Below, piece after piece: positions 1 through 12,889 of a stretch of 64,000 nucleotides of DNA. The DNA comes from Octopus sinensis (Eukaryota): positions 29,016,001 to 29,080,000 of the forward strand of contig NC_043012.1 in the NCBI RefSeq assembly GCF_006345805.1, given 5' to 3'. The notes beneath the pieces were generated by a model that worked only from the letters and a program-made list of their open reading frames with translations, had not been told where the DNA came from and ran no database searches. Every line of letters starts with the position of its first letter. Positions within the stretch are counted from its first letter, which is position 1. A program made the position numbers and the translations under genes.

Positions 1-36
1 CCCGGCGTGCTAACAATTCTGTCAGCTCGCCGCCTT
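1..36 (-). mobile_element. 5' head of tRNA-derived SINE (AAGGCGGCGAGCTGGCAGAA family), cut by window edge
   Basis: Reverse complement AAGGCGGCGAGCTGACAGAATTGTTAGCACGCCGGG matches heads of copies at 13795, 20985 and 61741. Confidence 0.8.
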
Positions 37-2606
37 GACTTGATATAGAATATATGTAAAGTAACTTATAACAAAGGTGCTAAGTTTGCTGCAGTGTTTA
101 AATTACAAAGATATTGTTCCGTATTTTAAAGCGAATATGGTACAATCATTTGAATTACTTCACTAGTCTAACAACTAACACCTATATAATAGACGGTAAT
201 TCTAAATTTCGATACGCAGAATTAACCAAAACATTGGCTTATGGCTGAATACTGGTCAACTAACTAATAATTTGAAACTTCCACGTATTTATCGAGAGAG
301 ATGTATAGTCATTATAAGTCAACAGACTGATTAGTACATATATCATTGAACCTCAAGGTTGATAAAAGCCGAAGTGAACTCAGAGCAAAGCGGTTCGAAA
401 GAAAACGATTTAAAGTATTTTGTCTGTCGCTTTGCTGCTTCTGTTATTGTCTTGTTTTACATAGGTTTACATATATTATATCATATCTTGATACTGTGTC
501 GGCTGAGAACTCCGTTGACATGCCACCGATATTAAAGTGTTAAATACTTATGGTATGCAAATTAGTAGCGTCAGCTCTCTGGTGCTGCTGGGTTTGTTCT
601 GTATATAAACAGAATAGCTACTTATCTCTCCAGTATTGGTTAAGTGATGTAGACATCTGTGTTGAAAATAGAACAAGCTGAGAAAATCGATTAAGGCTGT
701 TTATCCCTTTTTCAATCTACGTGGAAGTAGTTAATCTACCATGTTTCGATGGTTCCAATCCTCCGTTAATTTTTTTTTCTTCACTTATGCAAAACATACC
801 AAGAATTCTTGATAGCTGTGCCAAGTTAAAAATGAAACCATATTTATTTAGGCAAAGAATCATAAGCACATGTGTGCAATAGTGTAATACACAAGATATA
901 GATACCATTTCCAAAGTACGTTTTCCACAAATACATAATAAATACACTCCTTATTGTCACAATATCGAGACGAAGAAGATACAGAGAGATGAATACAATT
1001 TTGTCTTCCGCAATACATATAGTAGCAGGAAGGGCACTAGACCTTCTAAGAATAGTACAGTAAATACCATACATATTTTGTTACCTCGTGGTAATGCAAG
1101 AAATCAATATCTGGCAAATTTGTTTCAACATTTTTTCTCTTTACGTGTAGATACTGTACGCACATACACACAAACATACTCAGGAATACACATAAATTCA
1201 CAAACGCAAGCAGAAGCATATGTGATGTCTATATGAGCATTTTGTTGTTGATTCTACTCACCATTTTCTCCTGATTTTATTTGTTCTCTCACCAAGCCAT
1301 TTATACATATTTCATTGTATGAAAAGTTAGTTCCCACAGAGGAATACTTCTTCAGCGAATTAACCAATCACATTTCAACATTACATTGCCATCACCGCTG
1401 GTCATTCATTTTCCAGCTCATTCATCATCGCCGGCTCTTTATAACGCTTAGAATACTTAATAAGTCCCTCCCTATAAATACTACTGCGGAGCGGATTTTA
1501 ATGGCACTCATAACATTTTCTCCTTCCAAAAACAAAAACAAAAAAAGAAATCACTAAGCCTCTGGGAAACCTGTCTAAAGTTCTAACTCCGCAAACACCA
1601 AAGTAGCTATGTAACTACCAAGGCTATAAGCGTAAACTTCAACATCGTAATCACAAGCAGCATCACAACCGTTTTTCATCAACACTACTAACATCACCAC
1701 TTTCAAACACTAATTTAAACAATCGAGTCGAATAATAAACACAAAACTGAAGTTGTAAATTACATCCAGATCTATCATAATTGTTAAATATATAAACAAA
1801 ATTATATCAATGAACAAATAAAACAGTAAAAAGTGTCGATGGTTGGTGAGTAATGACGTCGCTAAACTGGTATGCTGGACAATGTTCACAAGTGCTAGCT
1901 TGGCGGGATGTAAAACGATAAATAGTTATAAGGATGATTCTAAAAGTTTCCAAGAACGTAAAATCTGCCCTCATAAAAAGGATTTCTTCCCTTAAAAAAT
2001 AAAACTAGATTTGATTCACAACCATAAACGTTTTACATGCATCATAAAATCATTTGTGGCATTGATGATATTGATCTGTCTCTTCAAAAGTTAAATGATC
2101 CACATGACTCACAACCGGTGGTGTAGCTAATAGGGGAGCGACTGCTTCCACCAAGCACATTTTCAAAATTGGCGCCTTTTCAACAATATCTCCTTTTTGT
2201 TTTAATTCTATTTATTTTTATGTTTTTATTAATAGCATGCGTTGGAAGAACTTTCTGGAATCATTTGACTTGGTGGCCGTTGACATCAGAATAACCTAAT
2301 CAAACACCGATGTCATAACCTTTCGACACTGGACGATCTAGTGGAGCTCCATCTTTTGTACACCACTCCTATATCAGTAGATGTAAATTTTATACATAAT
2401 TAAATTGTTACTGAAACATGAAATTAATGAATATAGAATACAATTACATATATTATAACTAATAAAATATTTCCCGTAATATAAGAAAAATGAATTAAGA
2501 ATTACTTCCTATAAGCCGCGGCGCCATTTTTTATGTGTTCGCTTCCGCTAACTTTAGAACCGCGTTATGCTTCTACTCACAACACAATATATATATATAT
2601 ATATAC

Positions 2607-2653
<47 letters not shown>

Positions 2654-2752
2654 TTTCAAAAAGTTAAGTTTAAGAGAACTACTTTTTAGAGAGTAAAATG
2701 GTACTAACATTTAGAAAGGAATTTCAGAAATTGTGTGTAGGTTTTAATAAAT

Positions 2753-2788
2753 GTGCAAGCGCTTTCAGTTCTCAACGTCATCAAGCAT
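2753..2788 (-). ncRNA. Degenerate minimal type I hammerhead motif in PLE 3' UTR
   Basis: Sense reads TGC-TTGATGA-CGTT-GAG-AACT-GAAAGCGCTT-GCAC: core C3 is U, palindromic stem III AGCGCT, about 55 nt downstream of the PLE stop. Confidence 0.4.
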
Positions 2789-3150
2789 GTGTTATGACTA
2801 TTGTATATAGCGGAAGTTGTTTTAAGTAAAGTTGTTGATTATATCCGGTTTAATTTCGGATTCAGAAACCTTATGAAATATTTTTCTTTGCCTTTCGAAG
2901 CAGTTCGCTTTCTTCATTTATTCCATAAAAGGGTGACATTGTTCAATTTTCCTTGTCCACAAGTGTCTAAGTGGTTGCTGCAGGGATGTTTTATTTGGTG
3001 TCTATGCACATTTAAACGTTTGGTTAATTTTGTTTTTTGTTTCTCCAACATAGTTTTCATTGCATCCTGCGCATGTGATACAGTGTATCAGATTTTTGAT
3101 ATTCAAGTCCATATTTGCAATTACCTTAAATTCCCATTTTTGAATTTTTT

Positions 3151-3330
3151 GGCGACGTCTGTCCGGAATCTAGCGATTTGTGCCGTCCTTTCTGATGGGA
3201 CTTTCAGTCTAAAGCTGACATCGAACGATAAAGAGATATCATGATCGTCACGTTCCGGTCATTTAAGGTCGCAGCCAGCATGTAACTATACAAATTATGT
3301 GCGTTGACAGCAGAAACAGACCACTTCAGC
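3151..3330. repeat. ~180-bp module inserted in the PLE ORF; second copy at 4923-5100
   Basis: GGCGACGTCTGTCCGGAATC...GCAGAAACAGACCACTTCAG aligns to 4923-5100 at roughly 90% by eye; interrupts the ORF between the CEIIK linker and the GIY-YIG region. Confidence 0.85.
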
Positions 3331-5250
3331 TTTATTATTTCGCATGTCCCATATTGATTGTCTCCATACTTGGTTACTTGCATGGTTTCTTTCTCTGATG
3401 TGAATCTTGCTTTGGTCAGAAGTCTGTTAAAGTTTTGTGGTTGTCTTCGGCTATTGATGATGTGTTGTTTCTTAAGTATTTGCCGGAGACTTGGGGACTG
3501 GTGTAGGATTGATAGTAGGCGGATTGGCTGATTGTAGAATGTTGTGGTTCCTGAGATTCTGGGTGATAACAAATAGAATAGTTTTATATCTATTTTCATG
3601 TTTATCCTCAGTGAGAGTGCTTTTTAGTAAGATAGAGATTGAGGTATCCTTAGCATTAGTTACGGCTTGGTCTATTAGTTTGGAGGGGTATTTTTGTTTT
3701 TTTAAGGAACAAGTCAAGTTCTGCAAATCGGCTTTCTCGTCTATTTGTAACCGAAACTATAGTGGATATTTGTTTTGCCATATTAAAAGGTATGTTTCTT
3801 TTTGCATGGGAAGGACGGCAAGATCTAAAGTCTAAATATTGGTGCGTGTCCATATTTTTATAATAGAGATCAGTTGCAATGATTTGGTTTTCTTTGATTA
3901 TTAAAATATCTAGGAAAGGGAGTTCCCTTTCATTCATTTCCATAGTGAATTGGATTGATTCATGAATGCTGTTTATTAGTTCAAGAAATTTTGTAAGATC
4001 CGTCTTACTTTTGTTCCAGAATATAAAACAGTCATCCAAGAATCTTTTCCAGTTTCCCACTGGAAGTTTTGGCCAACATCAAAGCTGGCTAAGATAGTTT
4101 CTCTTCAACCTCATAGTTAATTAACCTCATGGTTAATTAAGAAATTGACTAAGATAATTTCTTTGTTTGCTCTTTTTGGAAAGTGGTTTAGGAACTCCAT
4201 ATTATCTCTGATAAAACTAGGGACCAATTTACATAGAGGTTTTAGAATCATGTTAAGCAAGTTGCTTAATCTTTGTGTGCTTGATGCTGGTCCCACTACA
4301 ATTGGTCTTAATTTAAGATCAGATAGTATTGGAATCTTTAGGTATGGTCTTTGGATGTCCTTCAAATTCTCCTTGATTTCTTTAAACTTGTGGGTTTTTG
4401 GAAGTCCGTAGAAGTTACTGGTTTTTAATTTAAATTTAGTAAGGTAATCTAATTCTTTTCTTGTAAGCTCATTTTGATATGTGCTTGTAAGTTCACTAAT
4501 CTTATGCAATATTCACCTATCCAGCTTATTTTGTAATTTTTTGTTGAAACCTTGGTCATTTAGATGTTCAAAGGCCATTTCTCTCTAATGGGATATGTCC
4601 ATTATGACAATTGCCCCTCCTTTGTCCGCCTCTTTAATAATTATTGAGTGATCTTTTTTGTGAAGATTCCAAAGTTTCTTCTTCTTCTTCATGCGTGATA
4701 TTTGGTTTTTCATGGTTCTCAGATTCATTGTATATTCTTCTAAGTAGCTCTTATTTGTAGCAGTGTAGGTGTTTTAAAACCCTGAATTATATCTCATGAC
4801 AATTATTGTTTTCCTTTTTGCTGAAACCCTGCTAACTAGCTGCCTTATTTATATATTTTTATACACATTAGCGATTCACTAAAATATCCATAATTTTTTA
4901 TGGAATAAGCGTATATGTTCGTGGCGACGTCTGTCCGGAATCTGGCGATTTGTACAGTCCCTTCTGATGGGACTTTCAGTCTAAAGCTGGCATCGAACGA
5001 TAAAGAGATATCATGATCATCACGTTCCGGTCATTTAATGTCGCAGCCAGCATGTAACTATACAGATTATGTGCGTTGACAGCAGAAACATACCACTTCA
5101 GGTCTTATTTCTAGCAGTGCAGGTGTTCTAACACCCTCAATCATATTTGATGACAATTATTGTTTTCCGTTTTGGTGAAATCCTGCTAACTAGCCTCCTC
5201 GCTTAATTATATGTATATAAGTGTATACATAAATACATACATACATACAT

Positions 5251-5389
<139 letters not shown>

Positions 5390-5521
5390 ATTATTATTAT
5401 TATATTATTATTATATTATTATTATTATTATTATTATTATATTCGAGGGAATAAAATCCAAACTTACAAGGAAAGAAAATCAATTTAGAAATACTAAATC
5501 AAATTTCACACAATATAATAT

Positions 5522-5566
<45 letters not shown>

Positions 5567-5577
5567 ATATATATATA

Positions 5578-5622
<45 letters not shown>

Positions 5623-5780
5623 GAAAAAAAACACATTTTATCAATTCAAAATGAACAATTAAATTACACCATCTAAAAAATTACATATAATAGAAATATT
5701 AAAATTAAAATAAAAATAAAATGTCAATGATTAAGTAAATTGCAAAACAATAATAATAAAAACGTATATAATTTGTAGAA

Positions 5781-5869
5781 TAACGACACGTGATTCGTGG
5801 CTATATTTAAGAAATTATTATAGTAGTAGAGAAATCACTTCGATAGAAGTATAGTCACTCATCAGGTTA
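5781..5869 (-). ncRNA. Type I hammerhead motif, GAAU core variant (left arm)
   Basis: TAAC-CTGATGA-GTGACTATA-loop-TATAGCCAC-GAATC-ACGT-GTC-GTTA; loop II ~23 nt longer than in right arm. Confidence 0.65.
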
Positions 5870-7337
5870 AAAATAAACTAGAACAATAAAATAATTAATT
5901 AATAAATATATTTTAATTTATATGTATATATATAATACTAAATATACATAAGTGAAAATTAAAACAATACTTAAATTATTAAATACTTTAAAATTAAATG
6001 AAATACACAAAGCTAGTACAAGTCATTAAATTGTAATCAAAATAAGAAATTGTTCAAATATAGACAAACTCCTTAGATAAGCTAACTATATAGTAAATAT
6101 ACATGTGTAATATATATAGATTTAATATAACAATCTATAATAAAGTTGACTAAATATCAAATAATATAATACCTAATTAACTTAAAATTTAATATTACAA
6201 ATAAATAAGCCACCTAATAATTAAATAATATATTGTCTGACGAAATTAATTCTTAAATTAAATTAAATGTAATTCGTTAGATCCCTTTATATATATATAT
6301 ATATATATATTTATAAAAAAAAAGAGATATAAGAATTGATATCTATCGTAACTTATATCTATCAATATATATAAAATAGCGAGAATAATATGTTAATGGA
6401 AAGTAAGAAAACCTATCAACCCAAAGTTTATATAATGAATTTGAGTATATTTATATTAATATAACTAGTTTATATAATGGATTTGAGTATATTTGTACTA
6501 TTTCAAATTTTTTATTGTATTATTCATGAAGAGGAATTATATTAATTAGACGCTAAAACATATTAATAAATTTAAAATCCAGATAGATTAACTTAATCGT
6601 TGAACTTAGTAATTTAGTTTGTTTATCGATATTGATTAGATCTTGTTATTGTTCTGTGTTTGATCGTTGTTATTATTGTTATTGTTATTGACTGGTTTTG
6701 TATAGGACTGGTGATTGTGATTGTACATCTTAATTTATTGTTCTTTGGTTCTAATATTTTTTGCACCTTTCTTTAATTTAGGGGTTGATAGGCTTTCTTA
6801 CTTTCCATTAACATATTGTTCTCGCTATTTTATATATATTGATAGATATAAGTTACGATAGATATCAATTCTTATATCTCTTTTTTTTATAAATATATAT
6901 ATATATATATATTATATATAAAGGGATCTAACGAATTACATTTAATTTAATTTAAGAATTAATTTCGTCAGTAAATATATTATTTAATTATTAGGTGGCT
7001 TATTTATTTGTAATATTAAATTTTAAGTTAATTAGGTATTATATTATTGGATATTTAGTCAACTTTATTATAGATTGTTATATTAAATCTATATATATTA
7101 CACATGTATATTTACTATATAGTTAGCTTATCTAAGGAGTTTGTCTATATTTGAACAATTTCTTATTTTGATTACAATTTAATGACTTGTATTAGCTTTG
7201 TGTATTTCATTTAATTTTAAAGTATTTAATAATTTAAGTATTGTTTTAATTTTTACTTATGTATATTTAGTATTTTCATATATATATATATAAATTAAAG
7301 TATATTTATTAATTATTTTATTGTTCTAGTTTATTTT

Positions 7338-7403
7338 TAACCTGATGAGTGACTATATTTCTATAATCATTTCTTAAATATAGCCACGAATCACGTGTCG
7401 TTA
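7338..7403 (+). ncRNA. Type I hammerhead motif, GAAU core variant (right arm)
   Basis: TAAC(7338)-CTGATGA(7342-7348)-GTGACTATA..TATAGCCAC-GAAT(7388-7391)-C-ACGT-GTC(7397-7399)-GTTA; predicted cleavage after 7399. Confidence 0.65.
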
Positions 7404-7689
7404 TTCTACAAATTATATACGTTTTTATTATTACTTTTGCAATTTACTTAATCATTGACATTTTATCGTTATTTTAATTTTAATATTTCTATTATATGTA
7501 ATTTTCTAGATGGTGTAATTTAATTGTTCCTTTTGAATTGATAAAAGGTGTTTTTTTCTAATTTTATATACATACATATGTGTGTGTATAAGTATGTATG
7601 TGTATATACATACATATATATATATATATATGTAGTAATGTATGTATGTATACATACATACATATATGATATACATACATATATAATAT

Positions 7690-7722
<33 letters not shown>

Positions 7723-7727
7723 ATATA

Positions 7728-7774
<47 letters not shown>

Positions 7775-7776
7775 CA

Positions 7777-8760
7777 CAAGTGAGCGGACAAACGAAAGAA
7801 GGCACACAACCAATTTACTGGTACTCTTGAGTTTCAAGCGCGATGCTAGTCGCCATTTTGAATTTTAATGACAGAAGTTGACTGTTATTACAATAAGGTG
7901 GGCTGCGATTGGTGGAGGAAAGTCACGTGGTGTCGGGGCTTGATGTTGGTATATGGGTAACAGTTAGTTGGAAAATACCGCATGGTGAAAGGGAAATTGA
8001 CCCCCTAGAGGATAAGAAATAGACAACGTGGCAGATAGGAAGTCGGCCAGGTTTTTGGCGGTGGGAAAAGGAATGGGCAGCATGTGCAAGTATATAGTTC
8101 TATATTTGGATGTGCCGACGCGCTCGTATAGTTTTGTGCACATGTGTGTATTGATGCGAGCGTGCGCATCTGTACATAGGCGCGCACGTGCACGTCTTCA
8201 CACACACACTTGAACAAATACGCACACATATACACGCGCATACGCACACATGCACACATACAGGCATACACATACATGCGTATTCATTCGTATGCACATG
8301 TGTATATTCGCATGCATGTATGCATGCATACCAGTGTTCGAGCACACACACATGCGCCTGTACGTGTGTATTCACGCACGTGTGTGAGTATACACGCGCA
8401 AAACAAGCGTTGGGATTGGTAAGCATTGGGAATTGATAAAGGTTGTGGATTTGTTTGCGTTGGCGGTTGGTAAACGTTGAGGATTGGTAACTGGTGGTCC
8501 TGCTCATGGGGTTGTTTGGTAGCAGTGACCTTGATGCAGGCTGTGCAAACTAACAGCTGGTGCTAATGTGCTATATCCGGGTTGTCGGCAGTCAGATACT
8601 TGAAGTTTGCCAGTAGGGTGACAGCAATACGATAAATCATATTTCTTGTTGATGGATACTGCGGTTTGTCGGAGGATATGCAGTTTTTCGTGCAGGACGA
8701 GTTGGTAGTTGGGAGCGCCGCGTAAATATGATAGTGCTCTGTCGACAATAGTCCACTTTC
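7777..8760 (-). mobile_element. Inverted 3' end/pLTR of the PLE at 8764-10262
   Basis: 8185-8760 is the reverse complement of 9677-10260 (about 80% by eye; both contain the peptide QYPSTRNMIYRIAVT in an alternative frame); continues to 7777 and ends in (TA)n. Confidence 0.8.
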
Positions 8761-8763
8761 TTC

Positions 8764-10262
8764 TTGTTATGTTATCTCGGAGATCATGGAGTATCCAGAC
8801 AAAACGAGACAGGGAAGTTCAATGTCTCTATGAGGAGCTTTGACGAGGCTGAAATCGCCGAGCTCATCAGGTTATACATCTTGAATACCCTCAAGAGACG
8901 TACCCACCCACATAGATCAGCCCTCTACAGGGACAACGTCCTGGCTATCTCAAGCTATATTAATCATCACACCATGGACAGGTTCAGGAAGGACCTGATA
9001 AAAATATTTAATGAGCCCAGCATGTCTATAACGGTTACCACCAACTTGACTACGTTCGATTTATTAAACGTAACCTTAGACCTGAGTACGGGCAAGTATT
9101 ACCCCCTCCAGGAAGCCTAACGAGAATATAGTATACATACACAAGCGCTCTAAGCGGGTTTACTGACAAGCTCACGTATACGGGCAATTCTCAAACACCC
9201 TCTCCTCACCCCCAAAAAGATTATGAGAAGGAAAATTATATAGTATAACCACCCTTTCGACCTAGAAGTTTCCATCAACGTAGCTAGGGTCTTCCTGTCG
9301 CTAATTAAGAAACACTTCCCCTAAAGACCAAAAGTATTACAAACGCTTGAACCCTCGTAATGTCAAGGTGCTTAGACAACATCGCATGCATCAACAGATG
9401 TAAAAATGCATCCACACCACCCCCATCCCCAACCTACAACTGCCGACACCCCAACATGTACCCTCTAGAAGATTTTGCCTAAGAGCCGTAGTATACAGAG
9501 CCACCCCAATACCATCCGATGGCATTACTTGGCACAATACGGATATGACAGCTAATGACTTCAAGGGAAGATACTCCCAGCATAAGCAATCATTCAGATC
9601 CAGGGACAGAGAACTCTACTTCCTTGTCTCATTTTCTGTGGAGACGCTGTGATCTCCGAGGTAAAATACCCAGCTTCAAGTGGACTATTGTCGACAGAGC
9701 GCCACCATATTCACCCGGCGCCTCCAGCTACCAGCTCTGTCTCCGTGAAAAACTGCATACCCTCCAACAACACGCAGTATCCATCAACAAGAAATATGAT
9801 TTATCGTATTGCTGTCACTAGAGGTTTGCCCTTCTGGCAAACTTCAGGCCTCTGACTGCCTACAACCGGGATATACCACCTTAGCACCGGCTGCTATTCT
9901 GCACTGTATGCTCCGAGATCATTGCTACCAACCAACCTCATGAGCAGGACCGCCAATTACCAATCCCCGAGGTTTACCAATCCCCAACGCTTACCAATCC
10001 CCAACGCTTACCAATTCCCAATGCTTACCAATCCACAACGCTTGTTTTGCGCATGTATACTCATGCACGCGCGCAAATGCACATGTGCACCCGCATGCGT
10101 GTGTGCTCGCACACTGATATGCATGCGTACATGCATGCAAATATATATATGTACACATGAGTGAATACGGATATGTGTGTGTATGCGTGTATGTGTGTGC
10201 ATTCGTGCGTATGCACGTGTGCGTGCGCGCGCGTGTCCGTCCAAGTGTATGTGTGTGTACCG
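8764..10262 (+). mobile_element. 5'-truncated decayed Penelope-like element (GLYRDDG-type RT)
   Basis: FNVSMRSFDEAEIAELIRLYIL, ALYRDNVLA, RKDLIKIF..ITVTTNL..LNVTLDLSTGKY, and C-terminal NSTSLSHFLW..KWTIVDRAPPYSPGA..QLCLREKL..INKK. Confidence 0.8.
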
Positions 10263-10740
10263 ACAAATAAGAGAATATAGTTTCATAGACAAAATGAATA
10301 TGTGTCTAATTTGTATAAATGTTATAATATAGCACACGAACACTGCTCTTTTGTATGGACTTTCAAGCTAAATGGAACATTCTTTCGATGAAGCGATTCG
10401 AATGAAGTTTTATCTCATAACTGGCAAATTTATTTAGGTGTTCTTTATCTGAAGAAAAGTGTTGTCAATTTCTGTTTAGGTATGTATACGCATGGTAAAA
10501 TGTCAACAGAAGACGATGTAGAGTAGAAGGCACCTAAATATAAACACACATTGGTGTGTGTACATGTGTGTGTGTGTGTGTGTGTATGTGCGTGCGTGCG
10601 TGTGTGTGTGTGTGTGTGGTGTGTGTGTGTGCGCGTGCGCAGACGCAAATTTTTTAGTCATAAAGGACTCTCAGGCTATTTCTTGCCGATAAAACCATTC
10701 GCAGTAAAGTGAGATAATGTTGTAGATCTGCTTAAAGCAG

Positions 10741-10903
10741 TTTATTATTTTGTTTATTATTTTGTTTATTATTTTGTTTATTATTTTGTTTATTATTTTG
10801 TTTATTATTTTGTTTATTATTTTGTTTATTATTTGTTTTATTATTTTGTTTATTATTTTGTTTATTATTTTGTTTTATTATTTTGTTTTATTATTTTGTT
10901 TTA
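10741..10903. repeat. Minisatellite (TTTATTATTTTG)n, ~13 units
   Basis: Direct reading; 12-bp unit with 11- and 13-bp variants. Confidence 0.9.
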
Positions 10904-11109
10904 TGGAATCAAAATGGTTGAAAGGATAAGTGAAGATATTCTGACGAATAAAACGAAGTTTTGTATAATATCTATATCTAGTTTCTTTAGCGTACACATT
11001 TGAGATCTGCGAAAAAATATAATGGAATTAGATACTGTTATCTCTTCACATTACTCTGAACTTTGAAAGTAAACCTCAGTGCGAATTATAGTTATCTATT
11101 TTTACATAG

Positions 11110-11166
11110 TCTGTTCTGCAAACGCCAATGCGATGATGTATCTACAAATGTGTCGGATGGGTGGAT
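11110..11166 (+). CDS. Candidate 57-nt internal exon, unidentified gene
   Basis: Acceptor TTTTTACATAG, donor GAT|GTAAGT, length divisible by 3, two open frames (LFCKRQCDDVSTNVSDGW or CSANANAMMYLQMCRMGG); no family recognised. Confidence 0.3.
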
Positions 11167-12236
11167 GTAAGTGACGAAAAACATTTCCCTCAAAACAGCT
11201 AAGAAAAATAAACTCTTTAGTATGTTCGTATATACAATGTTGGCAAATATTGATTTAACCTTGCTCTTGCATTACACAGACATTACATTAGAAACATGGC
11301 CCATCTTATCAAAATGCCAAGAGTTACATAAGAAAAAATAAACATTAATTTTGCCATCATTAAAATAGCATTATAATTTAATGGGCTAGACAGTGAGAAG
11401 AGATGAAACATATGCAGCCTTGTTGGTCGAGATATTTCCTTTGAAACTCGTCTAAAAATAGCTGCAAACAATTTAATATATATTTGTACTATACAAGATT
11501 TTATACTGGTGCATTCTCCAATTTTCATTGCTGAGAGGAAGTACTGAAACAAAATTTATGTCAAGATATAGAAAATGTTATAAAAGATGACTGAGTTTGC
11601 TAGATAGGTTATTGTGAGTCGCATATTAGGAGTTGCTACCAAAGAGCCCCAACTGTTTCTCTATGAATAAACAACAAATTCTAATTTATTCCCCACTATA
11701 ATTAAATACTAACTCACATAATATAGAGGGAGACCTATATTTTTTCGGAATTGCCGGGTTGGATGGGAGAAAGAGGGAGATTATCCCTAACCGGAGAGCT
11801 AGCTCAAATGCTTGCAATCAAGCAAACTGCATTAAAGGTACCCAGCGATGAACGGGTATTATTAAACCGAGTGACAGATGAAGCCTACTACAAAGGAACA
11901 CAGAGCGTAAAGAGCCGGAAGAAATACCGCAAGAAAGCCTCACGGACGCTCTAATAATTTTGCCAACCGACCGCTTCTCGGCTGGAACTTTGGTTTATCG
12001 ACACCGTAAAAGTAAATGACAGGGTTGGCTTTCACAGGATTTGAACTCAGCATACAAAGAACCGCAATAAATACTGCAAAACAATTTGTCCTATGTTCTA
12101 ACAACTTTGCCAGGTTTGGAAAATGGGTGCAATTTCACAATTGCCACTCTTCAATAGATACCACAGTTAAATCAATCAGGAATGGTTAAGATTAAAATTC
12201 GAATATATATATATGTGTGTGCGTGTGAAGACACAC

Positions 12237-12288
<52 letters not shown>

Positions 12289-12852
12289 ACACACACACAC
12301 ACACTCACACACACATACACACATGTATGCACATGGTTGGGGATTGGACACAAGTGCATATGACACTTCCCTTTCTGAACTTCAAAGTTTGCTGCAACGA
12401 GGCAGGTACCCAGTCGACATAGGCAATATAAATACAGCCCTAATATAGACTACAGGCACATATGTACGGAGCTACACATGTTTCAGCAATAAATTGTATT
12501 CAATTGGATTGCTGCTTCGAAGACAGATTTTAATGTTTTCGAATAACATTGATCAATTTAGCTACTGACTCTTGAAAGCCTATTATACGTGGTTCCACTA
12601 CAATCCCCGTTATATAAATTTACTAGTATTTCTTTTAAACGCGATAAATCTTTTGATTCATTACATCTGTCACACGGACGCTAATTCATTTATTATCACT
12701 GCTGCTGTAACTACTAATACTACAGTGACTACTGACATTAGTCTTCTTCTTTGTTTTTCTTTTGTCTTATTCATTCTCTCTATGCATATATTTGTTTTTA
12801 TTTATTGAAAATCATCCTATTACTGCCAGGCTAAAGAACCAAAATCCCTCTC

Positions 12853-12889
<37 letters not shown>

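Larger units (their letters stand above)
2700..4850 (-). mobile_element. Decayed Penelope-like element (RT + GIY-YIG endonuclease), internally deleted
   Basis: Minus-strand fragments IIIKEADKGGAIVIMD, NFYGLPKTHK..LRPIVVGPASSTQRLS..SFIRD, WKRFLDDCF, LPFLDIL..TDLYYK..THQYLDF, then NLIHCITCAGCNENYVGET..KRLNVHR and YFIRFLNPKLN* near 2840; RT motifs 3-4 largely deleted near 4060-4130; many stops/frameshifts. Confidence 0.9.
5621..7560. repeat. Long tail-out inverted repeat (arms 5621-6422 and 6783-7560, ~360-bp spacer) of a PLE-type pLTR
   Basis: TAGAAAAAAAACACATTTTATCAATTCAAAATGAAC... is the reverse complement of ...GTTCCTTTTGAATTGATAAAAGGTGTTTTTTTCTA; arms collinear for ~800 bp; each has a hammerhead motif; both outer ends abut TA-rich microsatellite. 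Confidence 0.9.

Noticed and set aside
3188-3235. Hammerhead in the 180-bp module (CTGATGG..CGAAC)
   Set aside because: Both copies lack A9, a full GAAA and a valid stem III/NUH.
2801-4411. Plus-strand hydrophobic ORFs (2801-3244, 3491-3835, 4145-4411) and similar ORFs at 17490-18795
   Set aside because: Antisense shadow frames of PLE and R4 coding sequence.
5621-7560. Mitochondrial control-region NUMT
   Set aside because: No adjacent mitochondrial gene or tRNA; hammerheads and (TA)n termini fit a PLE pLTR better.
10741-10903. CRISPR-like array
   Set aside because: Contiguous 12-bp tandem units without spacers, in eukaryotic DNA.
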